This document shows positions 1-14,400 of a stretch of 64,000 nt of DNA, one piece after another (the first letter of the stretch is position 1; each line of letters opens with the position of its first letter). Below the pieces are notes generated by a model. That model was given only the letters and a program-made list of their open reading frames with translations. It did no database searches and was not told where the DNA came from. A program made the translations under genes and the position numbers. The stretch covers positions 32,001 to 96,000 of the forward strand of contig OZ218778.1 in assembly GCA_965112635.1 (NCBI GenBank). Direction: 5' to 3'. This stretch comes from an uncultured bacterium (lineage in GTDB: Bacteria; Oederibacteriota; Oederibacteriia; Oederibacteriales; Oederibacteriaceae).

Positions 1-2410
1 ACATTTGCAGCATCGCGATGCCTCCCGAGAACGTTCCCTTGGCCACGACCGGGTCCACAGCCGATCTGAAGATATGGTCGCCTTGGATCTCTTTATAGAT
101 CCGGATCTGCTGGATGGCGCTGTCATAGGCGCTTCCTATCTGGTTTATCTGGGTCTTCATCCACGGCACGAAATAAGCGTCCGAATTGACCGTGAACTTC
201 TCAATGAGGACATTGGTGGAGCCCTGGCTCACGGTGCCCGTGGGCGTCAGGCTCGTGCCGTTGACCGTCATGATCCTGGGCTTGGGCGAGATCGTGATAA
301 CGCCGGTGGAGATAGGCAGGCCCGTGGTGGTCACCCAGCAGGGCGAAGAAAATATCTGTCCGCTGGGAGAATTCAGGCTCGCGGTCAGGGTCACCCCTGG
401 GTTAGCCAGGTTGGCCACGTCAAAGACCACGAAGAAACTCTGATACGGCAAGGTCGCCGTGACGGTCAAAGGCGTCAGGGAGGGATTGCTGGCCAAAGGC
501 TGGGCCGTGATGGTCAGGAAACAGATGCCGTTCACAAAAACATTGTTTTGCGGGACGCTCACCAGCGGGTCTTGCTGATACGCTCCCGCAACAGTCTGCC
601 ACCGCATGATTTTATCATTATTGACATCCTGGTAAATACTGACGTCCTGGATGTCCGTGTCGCTGGCTGTGCCCTGATTGATGATCTGGAGGTTTTGCCA
701 CAGGGCCGTGGAGTTATTGGCATTGACCGTAAACATGAACACCGCCGTATTGGTCACGCCCTGCATCATCTGGCTGGGCGACGGGTAACCGCCATTGGTA
801 AAGGTCATCATGGACGGATACTTTTCGATCGTGGCGGCTATTCCGTTCAACCAGGGGAAATGCTTGTTGACCACGAATTTGGGCGGCCCCACCACCACCG
901 AGCTTGTGTTGGTCACGGTCAAGGCGATGGTATCGTTGAGCACGGCCAGATAATTGACATCCAGGCAGATAAAGAAGTTCTGGGGCGTGGTCGTGAATAT
1001 GGGCGGCACCGAGAAATTGATCGTGGCGGTATGGCCCGTGAAGGTGACGTTCGCCGGGCTGACCAGGTCCGCCGTGTCGGTCAGTCCCGTCGCCTGGTTG
1101 AGGACCAGCATCGTATCGGCCAGCGAGGTCGTGGTGATGTTGGTGGGTTTCTCCCTATAGACCTTGATGGCCTTGATGTCCGAGTCCGCGGCTGACCCTA
1201 TCTGGTTGACCGTCAGCTGCTGCCAGAACGCCGTGTTGGAGGTGGTGGAGACGCTCACCTCAAAGAACACCACGTTCGTGTCCCCCTGCACGACTTGCGG
1301 CGGAGCCAGGCTCGTAGAGACCATGTTCACCGGGTCGACCGTCGCCGTGATAGTGATGGTGTGCGTGGTAAAGGGGAAAAAGGCCGGAGGCGCGTTAACA
1401 TAAGAGGGATTATTGATATTAAAGTTTGAGCTCCCGGAAATACCCATATTCAGGCTTCCGCCAATGGTGGCGCTGGGGTCGATGTCATAAGATATAAAGT
1501 AATTCTGGGGACCGGTGCCGATGACTTGGCCTGTGATGGTGATGTTAGCCAGGCCGTTCTTGAACGTGTCATAACCGGACGAGATCATTTGATCCAATCC
1601 CGGCTGGAATAAGCCGCTGCTCGGAGTATCTTTCCATACCTTTATGGCGTTTATGTCACCGTCATGGATGGTACTGGGAACAGTATAGGCGACTTGCAGG
1701 GAGACCAGGGTCTGGGTATAGGCGTTGGTGGACATGGTCATCCTGGCCATGCCCACGTTCTTGGCTCCCTGCCAGACCGAGCTGTTGGGAGTGCCCGGGT
1801 TTCCGGTCCCCGCCACGACCGTGATATCCATGGGTACGACCGTGACCAGGCCCGGCGTGTTACTGATAGGAGTCAGGGTGGTGCCCATGGGGAAGAAGTT
1901 CTGGGCCACCAGGATGGAGCCGTTGGCCGTGTTCACCTGGAACAGGTTGCTGCTGTTGAGGTAAAAGCCCGTCGTGTTATTGAACTGAGCCGTGCCAGCC
2001 ACATCCACGGTCAGGAAATAGACCTGGGAAGGACCGGCCGACAGCGAGGTCAATACCTGCGGCTGGGTCAGCTGGATATTGAAGGTCCCGTTAGAATTCA
2101 GGAAACTGCCGCCGCCGGACGAGGTATTGCCCAGGAAAAGGTCCGCGTTGGTATCCAAAAGACCCGTCCCCTTGATATCTTTCCACAAACTGATGTTGGT
2201 GATATCCGTATTGGGCACGGCCGTGCCGGTCAAGGAACCAGCCACGCTGAGCCAGGTGGAGGTAAAGGCCGTGTTGGTGGCGTTATTGTTCATCAGCAAA
2301 CGCAATAAGGGGATATAGTTGGAACCCTGGGCTACCGAGTTCCCGATCAGCCAAGGGGACTGGTCGGTAGGCTGCGTGATCACGCCGACGACCAAGAGGT
2401 CGATATTCCG
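1..2410 (-). repeat. At least five larger repeats (about 170 aa) with DI..I..(W/Y)K(D/E) motif
   Basis: DITNISLWKDINGTG (~2200), DINAIKVWKD (~1655), DIKAIKVYRE (~1175), DIQDVSIYQDVNND (~640), AIQQIRIYKEIQGD (~110). Confidence 0.7.
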
Positions 2411-5400
2411 CACGATCTGGGCGGTGTTCACCGGGTCGTATTCCACCACGCCGGTGCTGCCGGACAGGCTGCCGTCCGTGGCCGATATTTTGATCGTCTC
2501 GGCGTAGATATCCGTGACCTGGAACTGGGCCACGCCGCGGTCAGAATTCTGGAACGTGTAGGAGGTCGGGTTGGGCACCCCGTTGTTGTTGCAGGAGAAG
2601 CTCACCTTGCCGTTATAGTAGTTGCCGTTGGCCGGGTCCCCGGTGCACAGGTTGTTGTACTGGTCCCTGGCCATGACCGTGATGAGCTTGCCGAGCGTGA
2701 CGTTGGCCGGACCCTGGTAGGTCAGGGTGAACCTGGACGGCGCCGCGTTGGTGATGGTTTCCAGCTGTGAGCTGGGCAGCCAGCCTAGCAACACTGGTGA
2801 CTCGTAGGCCGTCAGGGTCACAAAATTAGCGATAGTGTCCTTATAGTAGAACGGCGCGTTGCTCCCCCCTGATTTGACCGCCAGGGTCTCCTGGCTGACC
2901 CAGTTGACCTGGTCCGTGGAGAACAGACCCTGCGAGCTGGTGGTCTGCATAGCGATGCTGGCGCCGCCGGGGAACGTGGTCTGGTTGCCGTAGAGGTCCT
3001 GCGCCTGCAGGATCATCTGGGTGGAGGACTGGCCGGCCACGGTCTTGGTGGAATTCGTGACAAAGGCCACCCTGGTTACCGGTCCAGGCAAGACCATCTC
3101 TACCTGATTGCCCGGGATCCAACCCTGGGTATTTTCCTTGGCCGTGACCGTGGCGCCTGTCGGCGACACCACGGGGTCTTTGTAATAGAAGTTCACGCTG
3201 GTCATGCCGCCCGTGATGCTCACGCTCATGGGACCGCTGCTCCAGTTGTTCTGGTCAATGGAAAAGCCGTAATTACCGTAGGAATTGCCCGGGCTGGTCG
3301 AAGACAGGTTGATGGCCAGCGTTCCCAGCGCCCCCGGAATGGGGCTGGGGTTGCCGAACTGGTCCTCGGTCTGGGCGGTCATGGTCTGCGAAAAACCCGT
3401 GGCCGGGAACGACTGGGGCGCCGTCGCGAACCCTATCTGGGTGATGGGGCCGGGCAGGACCGTCTGGACCTGGGAGGCCGGCACCCAGAACTGGGCCGGG
3501 CTTCCCACGCCGGTGACGGTCACGTCGGCGTAACCCGCCTTGGTGTCCTCGTAAAAGAACTGGATGGTGTTCTGGCCTTGGCCCATGATGACGCTCGTGA
3601 CCGACAGCCACGGCACGGCCGCGACCGAGAAGTAATGGGCCCAGGGAGAATCCGAGGTCAGGTTAAAGGTCGTGTTGGCTGACACGGTCTGTGGGTTACT
3701 GAACTTGTCCTGCGTTTGCACCGTCATCAAGGTGGAAGGCAAACCTGTGGTCATGATGTTGTCCGGAGGCGAAGTAAAGACCTCTTTGTTGATGACATCG
3801 GGATAGACATTGATGTTCGCTGTGGGTACGGGCGCCAAACCGCTGGAGAAGGCGCTCAGGACCCAGGCTCCGGACCTCTCGTCGTAATATTTGAAACTGG
3901 CGTTGGACGAGCCTTTGGGTATCACGACCTGCTGAGTGCTCTGGGTGGCGGGATTTAACAATTGCTGGTCCGTGAGCGGGTCCCTGAACTGCGTTACCAC
4001 GCCGGTCTGGACCGCCGTCGAGGTGGTGGTCAGGTTGATGGTGATGGCATTCAGGGCGGACTCGTTCTCATACGGGTCATAGGCGGTCACCGTGAACAGG
4101 GCGTCCGTCCCAGCCACGATAAAGGGCGCGGTGGTGGTGAACTCCAGATGGTTGGCCGCTCCGCCGATGGTGGTCATCAGGGGGCAGGTCCCGGACACGT
4201 TGGCCGTCAGGGTCATGTTCAGGGACGCGAGGGTGATGGTCGCCGTGTCTCCGGCCTTGGTCGAGACCGCGTAAAGCACGGGGAGCGTGTTCCCTATCTG
4301 GCCGGTATTGTCCGTGGCCGTGGTGGTCAGGGACAGGGACCCTGACTTGGTGCCGCCCCAATTGATGGTCAGGTTGCAGGCGATGTTGGACCACTGCACG
4401 GCGTTGCCAAAGGTGTCCGCCAGCTGGCCGATGATGTTCACGGAATTGCCCGCCGGGACAGGCAGGGCGGCCGGCGGCCCGGAGAAGGTGAACTTGGTCG
4501 GCAAGCCGGGTATGACCATGATATTGTTCTCCACCCCGGTCAGCCCGGTGGCCACGTCCTGCACCGACACGCTCTGCGTGCCGATGGACCCGTCACCGTT
4601 CCTCTTGACCGTCACCAGGGTGATGGACGGGAAGGTATGGAGCCCGTTATCCGGGCTGGGCCCTGTCGTGGTGAATTGGTAGTTCCCCAGCTGGGTGGGC
4701 AGTTGGGCGTTGAGGTCCGTGCTAAAGAACCTGATATAACCGTTGTATTCCAACACCTGGTTAGCGTAGGGGTCCCTGGCCTCTACCGTGACGCTGCTGC
4801 TGGAGCCCGCCGTGATGGTGAGGGGGATGCCCGTGACCGTGAAATAGCTGATGGCCGTGTTGGTCACCCGGATGGGCGCGCTCATCCCTGCGGTCAGACC
4901 CGTCGTGAGATCCGTAGCCGTGAGCGTGGTCAACTGGGCCGTAAATAGTTTGACTTGGAAGGGATAAGTCCCGTAGCTCAAGTTGGCCGCCCCGGGCAGA
5001 GAACCCACAGCCTGGGTATCATCGCAGCTCAACTGGACTTGCGAGGTCATGGTCACCACGTTGTAATAGCTGTCGATCGAATTGACGGTCGTGGTAAAGG
5101 TGGTCCCGGCGGTCTGGGTCAAAGGCTGGCCGGTCTTGCCCGGAGCGAACGAACCCGGCACGGCCGTTTCACCGGGCAGGATGACCTGCAGGCTACTCGG
5201 GCTGCTGGCATTCATGGTCATATGGTCCGTGCTGGAGTTATAGGAATTGAGGTTGGGATAAGAATAGGCCGTCAGGGTCGTAGCACGCGCTCCGGTAGCC
5301 GTCCTGAAGGTGATGGTAAAGTTCGCGGACCCGAGGTTCGTGGTCGGCGGGAGCGCCGGCAGGCCGGCAAAGAGGTCCGTGGCGGTCAGGGTGACCTGGG

Positions 5401-8400
5401 TGCTGTAGCCCGTGGCCACGTTCCAGTAGGGATCGACCAGGTTGACCGTCACGGTCACGGGCATGCCCACGACCTCGCTGGCCGGCGAGCCCAACTTGCC
5501 GTTGCCGGTCCCAGGCGCGCTGGTCTCTCCGGGCAGCAGTAACTGCAGGTTGGACGGGGGTGCTGGTTTCACCTGGACCGGCGCGCTGGGACCTGGCTGG
5601 ATGGCGTTACCCGTGTCTGTCGCGGTCAGGGTCACCCACTCGGCGGTGACCAGCTTGGTAGAGAGTTGTCCGGTCCCGTTGACCAGGCCCTGGTTGCCGG
5701 CCGGCGGGTTGGAATTGGCATCCGTGGAGGCCAGGGATACCACCGGGTTGTAAGAAGCAATGTTCCAGTTCTCGTCCACGTCACTGACCGTAGTATTGAA
5801 GGCTGTTCCGGCGGTCTCCTGGTCGGGCGAACCGGTCTTGCCGGTCAGGCTTCCCGGGTCCGGCGTTTCACCCGGCAGCAGGACCTGCAGTTTCTTGCCA
5901 GTGTCGGCCTTGACATTGAACAGGGTGCTCTGGTTGGACAGGACGCCGTGGGCCGGGTCCGTGGCCGTGATCCAACGGGTCCAATTCCCGCTGTTGGGAT
6001 TCTGGCTCGTGGCTATATTGAGCGTGACATTATAGGTCGTCGTGCCCCCCGCCATGGCCTGCGGAGCCGGCAGAACTGGATTGGCGTAACCGTCATTGGT
6101 GCTCAAGTTGGTTGTGGTCGTCATGGAATTCACGATATTCCAACGAATATCCACCCCGTTGACCACGACCGGGAAGCTGACCCCGGCGGTCTCCGTGACC
6201 GGCATGCCGGTCTTGCCTGTTAAACTGCCCGCATCAGGATTTTCACCGGGCAATAGGACCTGCAACTGGTACGGTAAGCCGGGCAGGACTGTGACCGCCC
6301 CCGTGCCGGCCTGAAGCCCCTGAGCGTCCATATCCGTGGCGGTCAGGACCACGTTCTTGGCTGTTACCAGGGTGACATTGAACAGGAGCATCCCGTTATT
6401 AAGAGAAGCATTGACCGGCATGGTCGCGTGCAAGTCGGTCGAGGTGATGCCCACCAGCGGGGTAGAGCCTATGCCGGAGACCTGGTTCCAGTTGGCGTCC
6501 ACGGCTGAGACCGTGATGTTGAAGGGTACCCCCGCGTTCTGGACAAAGGCCGTGCCGGAAACACCCAAAGGACTGCCAGGCACACCATACATGCCGGGCA
6601 CCAGGACCTGCAGTTGATAGGGCGCGCCAGCCTGCACCGTGATGGGAGCGCTGGTATAGGAATTAAGGGACGAGACCGGCGCCGTGTCGGTCACGGTCAG
6701 ATGGCTGGTCTTGGCTGTCTTGAAGGTGGCGCTCAATAGAGCGTAACCGGCGACCAGCTTGGTGTTGGGCGGCATGGACCCTGTGGCATAGACATCATCG
6801 GAGGTGGTCGCCACATAAGGCGTGGCCGAGGTCTGGTTCCAGTTGTTGTCCACGGCATACACGCCAAAGGTGTTGGCTGTGCCGGCTGTCCAGACCGAGG
6901 CCGTACCGGATACTCCGGTCCCTGAACCGGGCACATAGCTTTGTCCAGGCAGGACAACGAGCAGTTTGACCGGTGCGCCGGCTAGCACGGTCAGAGCCGA
7001 AGTACGGGCGGTCCAGCCGTTACCCTGGGCGGTCACGGTCATGCTGTTGGTGGCCGTCACGGGCGCTATCGCATATACTCCAGTGCCGTTGTTGAGGCCG
7101 GCCTGGGCTGGCTCCACGTCATAGAGGTCGGAAGTGGACACGGTAACCTGCGGGTTGCTCGTGGGGTTGATATTCCATTCCGCATCCACGGCATTGACCG
7201 TGACCGGGTAGTAAGAACCGGCCGTGAGTTGCTGAGGCGTTCCGCTCCTGCCTGAGGCGGAGCCAGGTACCGAGACTTCGCCCGGAGCCAGGACCTGCAG
7301 CCCTATTGCGTTGCCGGGATTGACTACGAAAGTTGAACTCGTCCCTGTGGCCAGCCCGTAAGACCCGCCATTGCCGGTAATGGTCTGGGTTGCCGCGGTC
7401 CTCAAGGTCGTACTGTAGGATTGCGTGGAAATGCCTGTGAAATTAAGGGTTGTCGGCAAGCCCACCGGGAAATTATCCGAAGTGGTCATATCGACCAGGG
7501 CATAGCTGGGCGCTGACGGGTTGAACCAGTTGTCCACGATATTGACCGTAAAGGTAAAGGCGTACCCTGCGGTTTCAGCCGTGGTCGCGGTCTGGGTCTT
7601 GCCGGTCGGTGATCCCGGCACAGCCTGTTCACCCGGAAGCAGGACCTGCACCTTGGTCGGATTGCCCGGATTAAGGGTGAAGATGGGGCTGGTATAGGGT
7701 GTCAGACCCAGGCCGCTGGGCAGCCACTGGGCCGTCACCGTCAAGCTCCTCTGCCCTGCGGTCAGCAGGGTGATGTTATAGACAGTTTTGCCGTTGCTCA
7801 AGACCTGCGGCCCGAACGAAGGCGCGTAAACGTCATTGCTGGCCAAATTCGAAGTCGGGGTGACCGGTACCCCGAGGGTCACAGGCACCGTGTTCCAGAA
7901 AGTGTCCACAGCCGTGACCGTGACAGGGAAAGCCGTCCCGGCCTGCAGGCTGGTATAAGGCGTCCCGCTCTTGCCCGTGCTGAAACCCGGGTTGGCGGTC
8001 TCGCCGGGTAAGAGGAGCAGCAACTTGATGGGGCTGCCCGGATTGACCGCAAAGAAACTGCTCGTGCCCGCGGCCAAGCCCAGGGTGCTTTCGGTGGCCA
8101 TGATCTGGCGGCCAAAACCCGTGGTGGCCGTATTGAGGGTCACGCCGATGGTGGCTGTGCCGTTGGTCAGGTTCCAGCTTCCCGGAATGGTCAGGAGATT
8201 GGGGTCGTTGGAGGCCAGGGATACGGTCGTCGCGGTGGTGGTCACCATGTTCCAGTAGTTATCCGTGGCGTTCACGGCTACATTGAAAGCGACCCCGGCG
8301 TTTTGCGTCAAGGGCGTGCCCAAAACCCCGCCGGTATAATTGCTGCCCGGTACCGCGGCCTGGCCGGGCAGGACCACCTGCAGCCTGCTGACCGTGTCAT

Positions 8401-11400
8401 GGTTGACAATAAGCGGCGTGGTCACGGACGGGGTATGGGTCCCGTCATTGACCGTGACGGTCGAGGTCCCGGCGATCCTGAGGGTCAGGGCACCGGAGTA
8501 GTTCCTGGTGCCGTTGACCAGTTGCTGGACCCCTGGCAGTGTCGCGAAATTATCCGTGCTGGTAAAGGTGATCGAGGGCTGCTGGGCCGGCAGCAGATTG
8601 GCCTTGTTCCAATAATTATCCGTGACCCAAACCTGGGCGCTGAAAGCATGCCCCGCGGTCAGCACAGCAGGCGTCCCTAACCTGCCGTTATTGGCCATAT
8701 TGCCGGGATCATAAACCTCATTGGGGACAAGGATAAGCAGTTTGGTATCCGTATTGGCCGTGACCGTTACCAAAGAGCTGATTGCTTGCGGATTGGCCAA
8801 CAAGTGGGCCGTGTCTGTGGCAGATATGGTGAGGGGCCTGCCTGCCGTGATCAGGGTCGCGTAGAAAGTACCCGTGCCACTGGCTAAATAGGCCGGAAAT
8901 ACAGGGAAATTGGCGTTCCCATAGATGTCCGAAGAAGAAAGGGCCACCTGCGGGTTGGCGGTCATATCTATGTTCCAGTGAGCGTCAACGGCGTTGACCG
9001 TGACGGTCACCGGGTTGCCCGCGACTTGATTGATGATATTGGACGAATCCTTCCCTGTCGAGCTGCCCGGCACGGCCACCTCGCCCGGCAGGAGGATCTG
9101 CAGCTGCGAGGCCGGGGCATTGGTCACCGTGATGGCTGGCGCGTTGTTGGCGTAAAGCGATTCGGTCGCTTCAAAGCCGGTCAGGGTCAAACTCCCGGCC
9201 GTGTAAGGCGTATAACTGAAAACTCCGATCCCTCCGGCCAGGCCCATCTGGGCCGGATTCAACTGGGCATAATCATCCGTGGAGTCAATGCCCACGGTCG
9301 ATGTCGCGGTCAGGTTCACGTTCCAGTAGTGGTCCACGGCGTTGACAGTGATGCTGTAGGATGTGCCCACCATCATTGGGCTGGCTGAACCGGTATAGCC
9401 CGTGGTCAGGCTGCCCGGGTCAGGGGTTTGGCCGGGAACAAGGATCTGCACCTGGTAAGCGCCGCCCGGATAAACGCCGAACCTCGCGCTGTTGCAGGTG
9501 GAAGTCAGACTAGTGATCTTGATCTGTGCGGTCAGGGTCGTGTATTGGGCTGTATAGAGCGTGACCGGTATATTACCGCTGGTGCCGTTGGTCAGAGAGA
9601 CCACGCCCTGGTTTGGCGCGTGCGGGTCTGTGGAGGTGATGGTCACGTTAGTATAATTGGTATAATTGGCGGTCGTGGCCACGTTCCAGTTGGAGTCCAC
9701 CGCGTTGACCTTGATGTTAAACGACACGCCGGCGGTCGGGAAATTGGGCGTCCCGGTCTTGCCCGAAGCTGTCCCCGGCGCCGCGTTTTCGCCAGGCATC
9801 AGGAGCTGGAGTTTGACCGGCGGCCCAGGCTGGACCGGGATGGTCCCTGAGCCGGTCGGCCCAAGGTTCCACCCGTAACCGGCAGGCAGGCCGACCTGGG
9901 CTGTGGCCGTCACGACCCTGTTCCCCACGGTGATCAGGGTGATGGGCATGGTCGTGGTCCCCTGGTAAAGCGCGGTCGCCACCCCCGGATTGGGCACATT
10001 GGGATCGTTGCTAAGAAGAGCCGCGGTCGGGGTCACCGGGATGCCGTTCCAGGACTGGACCTTATTCCAGTAGGGGTCCACGGCATTGACGGTCATACCA
10101 AAAGATGTCCCGGCAGTCTGGGTCACGGGCAAAGCCGTGGCCAATTTGCCTTTATCAGAGGTATTGCCCGGGTCAGCGATTTCGCCCGGAGCCAGGATCT
10201 GCAGTTTGGTCACGGCACTCGGGGTAACGCTCACCATCGTGCTGGTGTCGCCGTTCAGGGCACCGGGATTCGGGTCCGTATTATTTGCGTAAATGACCTG
10301 GTTGGTGGCGGTATAAAGCTTGACCCCGTTGGTCATGGTGATAACACCGCTGGAAAACCCTGTTTCACCCGGCAAGGAAGCGTAATGCCCGGGGTCGGTG
10401 CTCAAGGTCACGGCATCGGACGAATCCGTGGTGTCGATATTATAGTAGGGGTCAACGGCATAAACTTTGGCCGTAAAGGCCTGGCCGGCGGTCTGGGCGA
10501 ACGGCGTGCCGGTCTTGCCCGAAGCAGAGCCGGGCTCGGCCGATTCGCCGGGCAGCAGGATCTGGACCCCTACGGCCGGCTGGGCCTTGACCGTGAAATA
10601 GGGGCTGGCATAGGTGGTCATCGCTCCGGCGTTGTCCGAGGCCGTGATGCTGGTGCTCTGGGCCGTCAACAGGGTCACAGGATTGAAAATATAAGATCCG
10701 GAAAGCAGGTTGTGGCTGCCCAGGTTGGGCACATTGGGATCGTTGGAGGTCAGGTTGACCAGCACATTGGAAGCCGTGGTGACGTTGTTCCAATAGGCGT
10801 CAGCCAGGTTGACCGTCACTCCAGGAATCACACCATTCGTTAAAGGAACTCCGGCGGTCTGGGCGAACGGCGTGCCGGTCTTGCCCGAAGCAGAGCCGGG
10901 CTCGGCCGATTCGCCGGGCAGCAGGACCAGGAGCTTGACGGGAGAACTGACCGATACCGTGAAGGCCGCGGAATTCTGGCCCTGGATGTTCTGGTCCGCG
11001 TCCACGACCTGGAAATTCCACTGGCCGGCTGTCTTGATGACCGCGTTGAAGGTGGTCGTGCCCGAGCTATAGGTCTTGACCGTCGACTGGTCGTTGACAT
11101 TGACCGGGTTAAAGTCCGTGTATCCGTTGCCCGAGGACATGTAGTTGGCCCAGATCTGGCCATGATACAAGCCGGTCGTGACCACGTTCCACAGGGCGTC
11201 CGTGACATTGGCCGTGATGGTCAGGTAGTTGCCGGCCGTCTGGTTGCTGGGGCTGCCGGTCTTGCCTGACGCGCTGCCTGGAGCCGCGTTTTCGCCGGGC
11301 ATCAGGATCTGCATATAGGTCACCGTGCCTGGCGTGACCACCAGTCCCGGGCTGCTCGATTTGACCAGGTTGTAGGATGAGGCCGTGATGGTTGTGCTAT

Positions 11401-14400
11401 TGCCATTGACTGGTAATGAAGCTGTATTTAAAGTGACCGACTGAGTATAAGTGCCGTTGACCAGGGATACGACCCCCAGATTGGCCGCGTTGCTATCCGT
11501 GGAGGTGAGGGTCACTCTGGTCGCCACGGCACTGGTATTGATGTTCCAGCCGCTGTCCACCGCGTTGATGACCACGTTAAAGGAAGTCCCCGCTTTCTGG
11601 ACGATCGGGGTGCCGGTCTTGCCCGAGGCGGTCCCTGGAGCCGCGTTTTCGCCGGGCGCCAAAACTTGGAGCTTGACCGCCGGGCCCGGATTGACCTGGA
11701 CCTGGGCGCTGGGCCCGTTGGCGAGGGTCCAGTTCTGGGCCGTGGCTGTGAGGACCCTGACCCCGCTGGTGATAAAGGTGTACATGAAAGTCCCTGTTCC
11801 GCTGACCAGGGCCTGCGCGGCCGGGGTGACCCCGTTGGGGTCGTTGCTCGTCACCAGAGCCGTGGGAGTGACCGGCGAGACGTTGAACCAGTTGTCCACG
11901 GCGTTGACCGTGATGGTCACCGGCACGCCGACCAATTCCACCATTGGCGACAAAGTCTTGCCCGAGGTCGTCCCAGGAGCGGGATTCTCGCCCGGAAGCA
12001 GGAGCTGCAGCTTGGTGGCGGTGTTGGGGTTCACGTTGACGAGCGCGCTCGTATAGGGTGCCAGGGTTCCCGGATTGGTATCCGTGGCGGTCACGGTCCA
12101 GGTCCCCGCGGTTTGGAAGATCATGTTGAAATTCCTGCCGCCGTTGACCAGGGTCCCGGACACGGGGTAAGGAAGCTGTGCGTTCAAGTCAGAACTGCTG
12201 ATGGTCGCCTGGTTGGCGGCGGAGAAGTTCTGGTTCCACCAATCGTCCACTCCCAGCACGGTAAAGGTCGTGGCCACCCCGGCGGTCAGGGTGTTGGGCG
12301 ACCCTGTCTTGCCTGAGGCGGTGCCCGGGGCCGGCGATTCGCCGTTCATCAGGACCAGCAGTTTATGGGCCGTATTGGCCGCCACGGTGATGGCCGGGCT
12401 GCTGTTGGCCGTGTAATGGGTCGTCCCGCTCACGTCCGTGGCGGTCAGGGTCACGTAGGTCGCCGTGACCAGGGTGGTGCTGAAATTCCCCGAACCGGCT
12501 GACAGATAGATATCGCCGGGCATGGTGGAGTTGCTGTCCGTGGAGGTCAGATGCACCTGGGGCGTGGCCGAAGAAACGATATTCCACCTGGAATCCACGC
12601 AGTTGACCGTCACGCTAAAGGCGGTCCCGGCCGTCTCCTGGTCAGGCGTGCCGATCTTGCCGGTCGTTGAGCCCGGCACGGGAGATTCGCCGGGCACCAG
12701 GAGCTGCAGTTTGGTGGCTGCCGCGGCCGTCACGGTCAGATAGGCCGAGGTCCCCGCGGAAAGGTAATGGGATTCATCCGTCGTGTTGACGCTGGCACTG
12801 CCGGCCGCGGCCGTGTTCAGGGTCACGCCAAAACCGGCCGTGCCGTTGACCAGGCTTTGGGAGGCCGGGTTGTAGGCCCCGTAGGTATCCGAAGAACCTA
12901 TATCCACCACGTTGGAATTGCTGGTATTGACATTCCAATGGTTGTCCACCGCGTTGACGGTCACGGTAAATTGGGCGCCCACGATCTGGCCTGCCGGGGT
13001 CCCGCTCTTGCCCGTGGCTGAACCCGGCAACGGGGTCTCTCCGGGCAGCAGGACCTGCAGTTTGTGGGCTGTATCCGGATTGACCGTGAGGGCCGGACTG
13101 CTGCTGGCTATAAGGCCGGCCACGCTGGCCGTGAGGGTCGTATTTCCCGCGGTGATCAGGGTCACGGGCATGATCGTCGTCCCGGTCGCCGTGATGGAGG
13201 TGACACCCAGGTTAGCCGCGTAGGTATCGGTCGAGGTGACGGCAATGTTGCTGGGCGTGGCGCCGGTCACGATATTCCAACGGCTGTCCGTGGCGTTGAT
13301 GACCACGTTAAAGGAAATTCCTGATGTTTCCGGGTTGGGCGTGCCGGTCTTGCCCAAGGTCGTCCCGGGAGCGGGATGCTCTCCCGGCAGCAGGAGCTGG
13401 AGCCTGGCGGGCGTACCGGGTATGACCAGGAAGTTCGGGCTGGTCTGGCTGGCGTAATTGGTCGCCTGCGTGTCGCTCGCCTTGACCCACTGCGTCCCCG
13501 CCGCGTTGATGCTGATGTTGGTCGTCCCCGTGCCTCCGGTCAGGGTCACGTAGGCCGGGCTGAAGGTCGCGTTGGTGTCGGAACTGCTCAGGGCCGCCAA
13601 AGCCGTCAGGGTCACCGGGTTCCAATTGGCGTCGGTCAGGTTCAAAGTAGCCGGGAACGCCACGGTCGCGGTCTGGGTGACCGGGTAACCCGACTTGCCG
13701 CTGCTTGACCCGGGCACGCTGGCTTCGCCCTGCAGTAAAAGCTGTAATTTAGAAGGAGTTCCCGCCTGGACCGCGAAAGAGGGGCTGCTATTGGCGGTAT
13801 AGTGTGTCGTCCCGCTCACATCGGTCGCTGTCAAAGTCACGCTCTGGCTCGCCGTGACCAGCAGGACGTTAAAGGTCAAGGCGCCGTCGCTCAGAGACGC
13901 GGACGGCGGCGGAGAGGCATTGGTGTCGGTGGAAGAAATGGCCACGAGCGGGGTGGTCCCCCGCACCCTGTTCCAGGTGTTGTCCACACAGTTGACGATC
14001 ACGGTAAAGGAAGTGCCGGCGGTTTCGGGGTTGGGCGTGCCGGTCTTGCCCACGCTGTTGCCTGGATTGGGATTTTCGCCAGGCAGTAAAAGCTGCAGTT
14101 TGACCGGAGCGCCCGGAGCCACATAAATGGCCGGGCTGCTGTCCGGGGTAAACCCGTGGGCTTGGTCGGAAGCCGTGATGGTCAGGCTCCAGGCCGTCGC
14201 CGGCGTGAAATAGAAGATGCCGGTGCCGTTGGACAACCCGCTCGGGGACGGAGGCGTGGCGTTGCTGTCCGTGGTGGTGACGACCACGATGGGGTTGGCC
14301 GTGGACACGATGTTCCAGAAAGTATCCACGCAATTGACCGTGATGGTCACCGGCGAACCCGTGGCCTGGTTGCTCGGTGAACCTCCTAATCCGGTCGGCG

